From positions 934,055 to 998,054 of the forward strand of contig NW_003314267.1 of NCBI RefSeq assembly GCF_000143415.4: a DNA stretch of 64,000 bases, given 5' to 3'. The position numbers and the translations under genes were made by a program. The notes under the pieces were generated by a model. That model was not told where the DNA came from. It searched no databases and saw only the letters and a list, made by a program, of their open reading frames with translations. Every line of letters starts with the position of its first letter. Position 1 is the stretch's first letter. Source of the stretch: Selaginella moellendorffii (Eukaryota > Plantae > Lycopodiophyta). Below, piece by piece: positions 51,312 through 62,154 of this stretch.

Positions 51312-51788
51312 ATGGCTTCAATCACTTCATGGGCGACGACGAACTTGAGGTGTGGCGGAGAAACCAGACCAACGCTTCCTGGCTGCTGCTCATTCTCCAG
51401 GTAACCTCTAGTTTCTAAATGTCTTTGATTCACATTGCACATACAGGACGCTACAGTGCAAGCCGAAGAGGGTCTTGAGGTTGACAAGAATCGTGAGACA
51501 AGCGGACAACGATGAAAGGGAGGTCCCTCCTCCTCAAGAGCAGGAAATCCTTCCCGAGAGAAGAGAAGAGACGCCGAAGCCTAAGAAGAAGGGTACGTCG
51601 TAGAAGGAGTTGAGAATTATCCTGTTGTTTAAGCGTTTGTTCACTGGATAGATGATGGCGAAGTCACGGCTCGAATAACTGGAGCGCTTGCCGTGCTTTT
51701 GGGGATCGCATACCTTGCTCTCGTCCAGATTCTGGAGAGACGAGGTGGGAGCCTCGAGCCACCACCTCCGGAAGCGTATCTTCCTTAA
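51312..51788 (+). CDS. Small putative plastid single-TM protein (123 aa); exons 51312-51400, 51447-51592, 51652-51788
   Basis: Manually spliced with GT-AG introns of 46 and 59 nt, all in frame. MASITS transit-peptide-like start, charged linker, C-terminal ITGALAVLLGIAYLALVQILERRGGSLEPPPPEAYLP. Confidence 0.8.
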
Positions 51789-51829
51789 ATTTTGAGGTTC
51801 TAAGCTCGAAGAATTGTGAATCACGATCT

Positions 51830-52366
51830 CTTCTACACAGTTTGGCGATGAGCAGCTTGAGATCGTGGAGCGAATGCACCTTGAAATCGGGTCGCTGGTG
51901 AGGAGGGAGCTCTTCAATCTTGTAGCGAAACAATGGATCCACCAAGCAAGTCATCGCTCCCGCGCACGCAACATCGTATCGCCCACCATCAAAACTTCGC
52001 ACGGCTTGGCGCCCCACATCTCGCAAACGCGCAGTAGTGGCAGAGGCGACGGCTTCACGGCCGAGAACTCACTCCCAAGAATTGGCGAGAATCTGGAACC
52101 GGTGCCCAGCTCCCCCGCCTCGAAGTTCTTCGCGTCGCTTGTGCTGCTCAGCGTGATCATCCCGCGCCAGAGCTTCTTGGAGTCGATATAGCGGCATGCT
52201 TCTGCCACCCAGGGAGTGCGGATTTGTTGGACCTCCTAGCGTTTTCTATCGTCTGCAATGCCAGCTCCATTTCCTTTGCGGATGCGTAGACACGGTTGGC
52301 TTGCAGCGCCCGCAAGTCGAGCGTCCGGAGCGTTAGATCCAAATCAAGCACGACGCCACGAAGCAC
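51830..52366 (-). pseudogene. HAD-like hydrolase pseudogene, intronless, frameshifted, 5'-truncated
   Basis: LRGVVLDLDLTL (motif I), KPSPLPLLRVC..W..KPCEVLMVGD and DVACAGAMTCLVD..PDFKVHSL are split across three frames. No ATG; the 5' end abuts the LTR at 52369. Confidence 0.8.
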
Positions 52367-52368
52367 AG

Positions 52369-53288
52369 TGTAGCGGGTTACGGTAATTGGGACTTAACCT
52401 TCCATAGGTTCTTGGCTACTTTTTGAGGGCTAGAGCCAGCCTTCAAGTTGAGTTGGAAGTGGTGATTTGGGATGACGTGGCAAGGAGCTTGGTTCTTGAG
52501 AAGTGCTTGGAAAGAGAGCGGGGATTGTGAGAGGGCTGATGACGGGGTGTTCACACTTGATCTGAGGCTTGAGGTTAAATTCCTCCATGGTTTTGGCGGA
52601 GATGGGAAGTAAGGCTCCTCAGCTGTTAAGAATGATAGAGGTTTGCTTCTCATGTTAACCATTTACCTTCCTCATACATTGTTTTGAGGCAGTGATCTAA
52701 GAAATTTTAAGATTCTTGATGTAACACTCACAGATCTTTTAAGATTATGAGCTAAGAATTGAGAGAGTTGGGTTAGCATGACAAAGTCATGGCCAGAAAT
52801 CTTGATGTTTTTGAGGTTGTGAGTTCAGAATTGTGTAAGTTGGGCTAGCATGATAAATTCATGGCTAAAAAGCTTGTGGTGTGGCACTGACAATTTTTTT
52901 AAGATTGTGAGTTGAGAATTAAAAGAGTTTGGCTAACATGATAAATTCATGACTAAAGAACTTCTGATGTAACACTCACAGATCTTTTGAGATTATGAGC
53001 TAAGGATTGAGAGAGTTGGGTTAGCATGACAAAGTCATGGCCAGAAAGCTTGATGTTCATAGATCTTTGGAGATTGTGAGCTTGGTAGAGAAATGGAGTG
53101 TGAAATGATTGTGATGCTGTGATGAAAAATTATTGCTTTAGTGCATAACACCCTGTGCATGTAAAGATTTGTGGAGTACTGATGTTGAAAAGGATAACTT
53201 GTGTAGTTTTCACTGAGACGAGATGGATAATTTAAATCAATATTTTGTATGAGGTCACACAATTTTAAAGTGGGGAGTAAGCGCTACA
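52369..53288. mobile_element. Solo-LTR-like element (920 bp) followed by a truncated related copy from 53291
   Basis: Termini TGTAGC...GCTACA. Internal duplication with about 248-bp period (52719 and 52967). Second TGTAGCAGGTTACGG start at 53291, similar to about 53470. No TSD found. Confidence 0.65.
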
Positions 53289-55589
53289 AATGTAGCAGGT
53301 TACGGTGGCCTGTACTTGGGACTTGACTAGTTAAGTTAAACAGAATTGGGATGCAAGGAGCTGGGTTCTTAAGGAGGAAGGTTCTTGACAAGCTGGACAG
53401 AGAGCAGAGGTGGCAATTGAGAAAGGGGCATGCATGGGGTGTTAACACTTGATCTGAGGCTTGAGGTTAGATTCTGGAGTCATTTTTATCCACAGTCCAT
53501 TCTTAATCCCTGCAACAGCCTTCACATTCACGTACCTTTTTCCTAATCTTGCTAAATTGTTCCAAATGATTGTTTTATATTAAAGTTAATTAAAATAAAA
53601 TAAAATAAATGATAGTTCTTCCTCCTCATTACTCTCCTCTTCCCCACTCTCCTCTTCATCATGTTCACCTAATGATGACACATTGCTACTGAAAATTGCT
53701 ACACTTGGACTTATTAGGGTTTCTTCCTCCAAGGCTTCTCTTGTCAACCAATCTTGTGAATCATCTTCTTATCATCAACGAACCTATTCTCTTGCATCAT
53801 CAAACAAAACACCCACAGCAGTGAGTCAGGGCCCTCAAGCTTGGAAATGTCATGAGGCTGAATGTACCCCTCAAACATAACTTGTGGAAACTCCTCTTCA
53901 GCATCCTTGTCCACATACCAAGCAATCTCAGACCACCACCGAAGTTGAGCTCCTTGCAAGAAAAAACCTTAGTAGCTTCCAATAATTATATGATGTTGAA
54001 CTCATCCTTGATATTTACAGATTATGCTGAGTATGGAAAATGCCAGCACTAGAATTGGCTTCTTAAAAGTGGCACCATTCATCACTTGACATTGAATTGT
54101 TTACTTTTCCAGCAAATAAGCTGTAGGCAATTTTTAGTTTTACTAGTGGTGAGATATTGAGAATGATAACTTTTGGAAAGATTTTTCTTTCTACTATACA
54201 ACATTGTCTTGGTGTCTAATAATTTATAGCTTTAGCATCAAAGACTAGCACATGCAAATTATAGATAGGTACTACTATTTTGATTTTGCATAGCATACCA
54301 TCTTTGAGAGGATCAAACAGGGGAATATATAAGGATTGTCTACGAGTAAAGATGAAGAAAAGCCACTTCCAAAAAAAGCTAGGACAAGAGCGATTTCAAT
54401 TTTAGATCTTATTCACATTAATATTTGGGGGTTTCTTTCCTTTAAACAGAATCAAATGCACTAAAAACTTTCCATGACTGGATTTGGCCAATAGAAAAAG
54501 AATGTGATTGATCAATACACGTGCTTCAGAGTAGATGGTGGCCAGGAACTTCTCCTTATCTTCATGAAGAATTTCCCTCCAGATCTCAGCGCCATACAAA
54601 CATGGCCAAAATGGGATTGTGGAGAGGAAAATGCTCATAGTTCTTAATTCATCCCATATAATGCTCAAAGCTATGCATGTTCCTATATTTTTCTGGGCTA
54701 AAGATGTAAACATAGTTGTTCATGTCCAAAATATTTTTCCCACCAAAGTGGTTTTGAACAAGACACCAAAGGAACTTTAGACTAGTAATAAGCCTACTCT
54801 TTCATATTTACAGGTGTTTAGTTGTACAGAATATTCAAAGATTTCAAAGGAGGAACATAGAACAAAGTGGGAAGATCACTTCATAAGATGTATAATACTA
54901 CCAAAGTGAATTCCACATGTGGATTTTCAAGCAGAAAAAGGTTCTAGTATACATGATGGTATTCTTTAAGGAAATGGTTCTAATGTATTCAATCTCCTCA
55001 ACACGCAAAAAATCAACTCTAGGTATATTTTACCTTCAAATTTAACCATAGAGCTTAATGGATTGTAATGAATTTCCTAGTACAAAAACATCACTATTAC
55101 CTTATAGACTACCACTTCCTTTAGAACCCCCACCAGAAATCCCCCACCACCACCACCACTACCACTGGAGGATACACACTAAACAACTCTATCACTAAAA
55201 GTAGTCAAATTAGTTCTGATATCATAAATAAAAAAAGTGAGCCAGTTTTTAAGATGCTCTTAAGTCATAGAATGAACTTGATGACTATAACACAGCTCAA
55301 GATCCTACACCTTGATGTTCAACATGAGCATGGAAGCCCACACAAGCAATCCTGCATTATCAATAGGAGAAACAAGCATTTCAACATGTTCTATTACTTT
55401 GGTTATTGATCTACTCATAAAGACTACTCTTCCTATCCAACAGTTTGTGAGACTTTGATCCAAGTTAGGCATTACATCAGCCAAGGGGGAGTAAAAAGCA
55501 TGTGATCAGACCTTCAATCAAAATCTTATCAAAGAGTGTTGGAGCAAGACTAATTTAGTGGTCATACTAAATTAGTATGAAAAATTTAG

Positions 55590-56540
55590 TAACCACAATT
55601 TTTACTTTAAAGTGGTGTGGACTAAATTTAAAGTAGCCCATACTATTATAGTGTGGATTTAGTGTGGAAAATTAATTTATCACATTAATAGCCATTTGAA
55701 GGAGTTTCACTCACAACCTCTATAAGTCTTCATTCCAACTTAACATGTTTGCCAAGATCCCAAAAGTGGCCTCAAAGCCACACTACCTTCACACTTGATA
55801 TAAGTGCTCTACATACCTAAGTCCTATCTTAGACACCTAAAAGTACTTTTGATATACTCTTATGTTAAAATCAGGCATTAAGTCCTAATAACCTCTAAAA
55901 TTTCCTCACCATATAACTATACCTTAGGTTTTTAAACAAGAGGATTACTCTTTGTCTTTCCCACAGTTAAGGACTTTGGGATGATATTTTGGATCACTCT
56001 TTATCTTTTCCACAGTTAAGGACTTTATATTTAAAACACAAGCCTTGTGAGTACCCTTTTCACCTTTTGCCACTAGAGTGCCCTATGTAAGCTCTTGAAT
56101 TTGGACTTCCTAAGATGTCACTCAACTTATATTTAAATCCAAAGACATTTAACCCTAAATATTTTAAAACTTTTAACTTATTGAAAAATGAGGTGCACTC
56201 TTGTTTATAAGTCTTTTCTCTTTATATTTCCCTATGGATCATCTCTCGAGTTGTTCTTTTTAGTTGTTTACAACCCAACCATGTGCCTAAAGCAAGGTTT
56301 TAATGAGTTACGCAAGGTATCCAAGTAAATAGTGCTACCTACTTGAATTGGGACCATTTGATTTCCTAAAAGAGTTAGAGTTAGCTCTTGAATACTTCAC
56401 TAAGTCACCTCACTTATCCCACTGTGGTCACCAATGGAAACATGTTGAGTTTGAGACTAAATCCAAGAGTGAGTCCTAGACCAAGTTTGAGATAAAGTTT
56501 GAGATTAAGTCAAAGATCGAATCTAAGACTATATCCAAAT
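55590..56540 (-). mobile_element. Old diverged fragment of the long-LTR family seen at 62155-63939
   Basis: Segments such as GGAGTTTCACTCACAACCTC and GCTCTTGAATACTTCACTAAG align by eye to the reverse complement of the 62155 LTR. Confidence 0.6.
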
Positions 56541-56789
56541 ATAAATACATGCCGTAGGATAAACACCCAAAGCAATGATCCACTGAGGGGGGGCATTGTT
56601 GTGGGGGATTCCAAAAGTATACTTAAGATAGTAACACTAAGGATTTAGTCTTGAAAGAACTCTTTAGTGGTGGTTAGTAGCTTTGGGTGGGAGTGAGCAT
56701 AGATTTATAGATTTTACTTCTGAGTACTAATAAGTGCTAATAGTTGAGGAAGATATTCCCAAGATTATTTTTTATACATCATTTAGTTT

Positions 56790-57104
56790 GTATAAGTTTT
56801 TGGTGATGCCATTTGGTTTAAATAATGTTTCAATAACTTTCTAATTGTTGATGGATGACATCCTTTATGATATGTCGGAGGTGACTATTAACTTCATTGT
56901 GATGTTTTGATCCATTCAAAAGGGACATGGGAAGAACACGTTCGTGATGTTTGTAATGTGTTGGATTGCCTGTGGGAAGTTGTTTAAAGCTGAAATAAAT
57001 AAAATGCATATTTAGATCTTAAAACACCACCTATCTTAAATACTATATTTTTTGTGAAGGTTTGCAAGTTGATTCTGATAAACTTATGGCTATTCTTAAG
57101 TTCT
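56790..57104 (+). mobile_element. Ty3/gypsy RT fragment (portion left of the inversion breakpoint)
   Basis: Decayed MPFGL...LIHSKGTWEEH...GLQVDSDKLMAILKF. Confidence 0.8.
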
Positions 57105-58024
57105 TGGTCCAAGTGCTCCACGTGTCCAGTCCTAAAACTGACACCCAAAGGTACCACTGACATATTGGCCCGTTACGCTAATGCCATACCCATTCACCTT
57201 TGCCGCACTGGTGGTTCAATACCACTTGCATCACCATCCCGTCTCTCCAAGACTGGGCCATCTATTCACGAGTGATCATCCCAGATCCACTCTTTAGCAT
57301 CCTTAGGATGCCCACAGACATGGGGAATAGCCTTCCCCAACATCCCTTTGTCAGTTCCTGCTAAGTCCCTTTTCCGTCCATGGCCATGTTCACCAACACT
57401 GCCACTAGATCAAGGCCTGCAGGCCCGGCCACTAAGTCCCATTGTCCTCTGGGACTTCCTCACCACGTGACCATATCCTTGGCCACCACACCAAAGGACT
57501 GCTCCTTTTCCTTTCCACAGTCTGGGACTTGGGGACAACACTTCAGAACACCGTGGCCTTACGCGAGCCACTTGGATACTCTCCCCGCCTTCTGCCTTTG
57601 GGTGCTCTAGCCATGGGCTTAGAGCGAGGTTCCGTTGAGCCACACCAAGTATCCAAGTAGGTAGTGCCACCCACACTTGGATTGGGAGCATCGGCCAGTC
57701 AATCTCCCGGGGGAACTAAAGCCGGCTCTTGAACACTTCACCAAGCTACCCCGCTTGTCGGTCCGTATTCACTCTAGTCTTGGACTTCCTAGTGGTCAGT
57801 TCATCACCCAACACTGGGTCTGGCCTTCCTTGGCCAAACTGGCCTTTCCTGGCCAAACTGGCTCCACTGTAGTCCTCCCCTTTACTATACTTTTGGAGCT
57901 CACCAAACCCCCTAGGGTCTGGGAGAAGAACACTTTGGGCTTTCACCCTCTCAGACTTGAACTCGGACTCGGACTCGGACTCGGACTCGGACTCGGACTC
58001 GGGCTCGGTCTCGGCCTCCGCCTT

Positions 58025-58060
<36 letters not shown>

Positions 58061-59094
58061 AGTCCCGGTCTCGGTCTCGGTCCCGGTCTCGGTCTCGGTC
58101 TCGGTCTCAGTCCCGGTCTCGGTCTCGACTTCGGACTCCATCTCGGGTCCATCTCAGACTCCATCTCAAGTCCATCTCGGACTCCATCTCGGACTCCATC
58201 TCGGATCCATCTCGGACTCCATCTCGGGTCCATCTCGGACTCCACCTCGGGTCCATCTCGGACTCCACCTCGGGTCCATCTCGGGTCCATCTCGGACTCC
58301 ATCTCGGGTCCATCTTAGACTCCATCTCGGACTCCATCTCGAGTCCATCTCAGACTCCATCTCAGGTCCATCTCGGACTCCATCTCGGACTCCATCTCGG
58401 ACTCCATCTTGGGGTCCTTCTCGGACTCCATCTCAGACTCCGTCTCGGTCCATCTCGGACACTTCCACGTGTCATGTGTTGGTCCTTTTTGGGTCCCTTT
58501 TTGGAGCCTTGCTTATTGGTTGCCTCGTGCTCGCTCCTCGAGCACTTTGTTGGGAGTTCCATCGACTTCGGACTCCATCTCGGGTCCATCTCGGACTCCA
58601 TCTCAGGTCCATCTCGGACTCCACCTCGGGTCCATCTCGGACTCCATCTCGGGTCCATTTCAGGTCTATCTCGGACTCCATCTCGGGTCCATCTCAGACT
58701 CCACCTCGGGTCCATCTCGGACTCCACCTCGGGTCCATCTCGGACTCCATCTCGGGTCCATCTCGGACTCCATCTCGGGTCCATCTCGGACTCCATCTCG
58801 GACTCCATCTCGGGGTCCTTCTCGGACTCCATCTCGGACTCTGTCTCGGTCCATCTTGGACACTTCCACGTGTCATGTGTTGGTCCTTTTTGGGTCCCTT
58901 TTTGGAGCCTTGCTTATTGGTTGCCTCGTGCTCGCTCCTCAAGCACTTTGTTGGGAGTTCCACTCCCGCTCTCGACCTTCCAAGTCGGAGCTTTTAGTCC
59001 AAACGTGTTACGCTCATTTGGCTTTCGCTTCAGCCACTACCACGTGGCACCCTTTCGGCTCCACTTTGGGGCCTAGGGATTTTTGTGTCTCACA
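57105..59094 (-). mobile_element. 5' part of a long solo LTR (inverted), with satellite arrays and an internal duplication of about 0.4 kb
   Basis: Reverse complement of about 62155-63787; starts TGTGAGACAC at 59094. Confidence 0.92.
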
Positions 59095-59576
59095 TTTTGC
59101 TCACAGAAGAATATGCACAATATAATGCCTTTCTATCTTGAGACTTTGCTAAATCAAAATTGTTAGTAAAGTTTGAGTTCTAGGAATACAAAAAGAATAA
59201 GACTTTGTAGAGGTTAAAGTTTGTTTTAAGCAGCCCACTTAGAATAGACATGAGAATGGCTAATTCCTACAATAGATAGATATAAACTTCCATTAGCCAA
59301 TAACAAAAACTACCAATCTAGGTAATGAATAATGGAAAGTGATGTCTTGAAATCCTAATCATTATACTAGGAATGTAACTCACTTAGGCCTTGATCATTA
59401 ATTTTTCTTTGTAAAAAACTCTCAACCATCCAACCTTAGGAAATCAAATGATAGCATATGGTTGTTAAGAAAAAAAATCACTAATAATAAAAATTAATTA
59501 TTTAGCTTTCAGCTGATTGGTTTACCATAATTATTATTTTATTTAATAATTTATATGATATATATTTATTTTTCTT

Positions 59577-61306
59577 ATGGAATATGGAAATAGAATACAA
59601 AAATATACATATTAATTAACCCAAAAACCCTAGCTTATATATAGATATGAGTGGTCTAGATTGAAACCAATCTGGCGACTATCAAAATCCCACTATGGTA
59701 ATATTAATATATAGCATCGTAACCGTACACTTGGACCTCATATCATCCTTTTATAATGATAGAAGATAGTTAGGATTCTCTAGTGGATGGGCTGAGATCC
59801 GGAGGAACATTAAAAGGAGGCATCAATGAATTTGTAGGTGGTGCCAATTATTTCTAGTCCCTTTGTATGAAGCGTTTTAACTGTTGCACATGCATAATTT
59901 CTGGAGGATTAGTATATTGAATGTCATACCAAATCTTATAAACTTATAGTCCAATTTGCCACAACACCTAATATGGTTCTTTCCATTGAGTAAAAAGCCC
60001 CTTAGACAAATTACATACTGTAAGATTGGGAAAACGATCTAACACCAAGTCATCCACTTTATACTTTGTATGTGGATGATGATGGGAGAGTTATAATGCT
60101 ATTTTTGTCCCACTTATATGTGGCCCAAGTGTTTAGCAAACTCTACTTAAACTAGTGGAAGAATGCTCATCAAATATTGATTCCAAAACTCAAACAAACA
60201 AGAAATTATTATTGACTCTAATTGTCCTTTTGCAACACAAAAGGGAGTATTACAAAATTGACACTAAATGCAGTTATGCACATACTGAATAACATCATGT
60301 CGCATCTTTAGCTAATAGAAAGATTTTAATAGCTTCTTAGTCACACGACGATGTCCCATATCCCCACATAGAATAAAAGAATCATGGTAAATGTGGAAAA
60401 AATGTAGAATAAAAATCAAATGCACCACTAACCATAAATGATCATCGTCCTCAATGCAATATTGAGAATATAAATGCCAAAATGGCAAGTTATCAGCAAG
60501 TAATGCAAAATTCTTAAACCCATCGCAAAGCCTTCGGATTGATAACTCAATTTTTAAAACCTTACAAACCTCATCAAGAAAAAATAAATTTTGCTCCACA
60601 TCTTGTGGACACTAAACATCAAGTATGATAGCATAAAATCCTTGTCCAACAAATCTACAAATACTAAAATAACATACTAATCAGAAATATGAGAACATAG
60701 TAAAGAAAAAAGAGGAGCTTGATAAAGATGTTAGCATAAGCCATAGAACTCTTTAGATGATGAAAAATATTAAAATCATATATTTACAACTTTAAAGCCG
60801 ACTCAACAGTATAATTAACTAAGTTCTTTCACTTCAATAACAAAGTAATTGTAGTATGATCACCTTTTAGTAATGTCCAAGAACCATATAGATAGTCATG
60901 AAGTTTTTTAAAACCCCAAACTACTAATAAACACTCTTTCTTTATTGTGAGTAGTTCATCTCCACTAGTTGTAATATATGGTTGATATATGCAATGGGAT
61001 AGCGCCAACTAGGCACACTTGAGCTTTCTTGTATTAACACACTTTTAAGATCAATATCAAAAACATCCATGTGTAAAGTGAAAGGTTGAGTGTAATCAAG
61101 ATATACCAAAACTGAAGGAGTCGTTAACAACTTTTTGAGATTAGTAAACATTTGTTCATAGTTTATAGACTAGATAAAAGACGACATTGACAACTTCAAC
61201 AATACTTGCAATAGTACAGTACAATCAAAGAGATGATAAATGAAATGGCCAAAATATTGCACTTTGCCTAAGAAGTGTTGTATATCATTCACACACTTTG
61301 GAATAA
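59577..61306 (-). mobile_element. Ty3/gypsy RT end, RNase H, integrase and 3' LTR (inverted; 21862 family)
   Basis: IPKCVNDIQHFLG, LKKLLTTPSVLVYLDYTQPFTLHMD, decayed integrase, LTR about 59577-59742. Confidence 0.85.
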
Positions 61307-61459
61307 AGGTGCAAAGGAGGAGTGGCATGAATGCCATTCTTAGAACTACCAAGTCCCAAGTCCTGAATTGGACTTAAGGAGGTTGTGAGTGAGACTCCTC
61401 CAAGTGGTCGGAGGTGCGGTTAAGTGACTAAAGTAAAATGGAAAAATTAATTGCTTACA
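61307..61459 (+). mobile_element. 3' end of the split solo LTR
   Basis: Matches about 63787-63939; ends CTTACA, followed by CAAAA. Confidence 0.9.
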
Positions 61460-62154
61460 CAAAATACAAGTAATGGAACAAAGATACAACATTTTGATAA
61501 TCATCTAAGGTAAGCACTTTGGTTTCTTCTTAAATCTTGATGACATATTGTGTGTTTATCTTATTTTGCCCTCCACTTTACTACAAAGTGCCTTGTTTAT
61601 AAGGATGCTTATTTAGTGAGTGTTTAATGTTAAATTTTTTTACTTCCTCTAAGCTTCACTTTAAAAGTTTAAGTCAAGAGTCTTCAATGAATTCATTGTT
61701 AATTTATATAAGTTATAAATTTTCTTTTTCCAATTTACCAACTTACCTCATCTATCCGACCATCTTTGCCTTAGCCTTAGCTAAGTTCTCTTGCTAAGGT
61801 TTTTGCTTATTGCACCAACTTTGACTTAGTCTTACTTAAGTTCATCTAGTTACTATATGAGTAACAAAGTGTTAACCAACTTTTCATGGATTCTCAAACT
61901 CTCTCCCAATTCCCTTCCCCATGTTAGATTGGAATTAAAGTTTGGCTACACTCCTTATAAACACAAGCAACCAAATACAACAAACCTCTAAGTTCCTAAC
62001 ATCCTATGGTACATAAAACTTTTTCATGTGACCCTTTAAATCCAAAGCCTTAGGCACATTTCTTTATTTAGGACACCAGGGGGAAACACCATGGCCTAAT
62101 GGTTTGGTATAAATACCTCAACTCCCCACCTTCATCTCAAAGGAAAGGCCCAAG

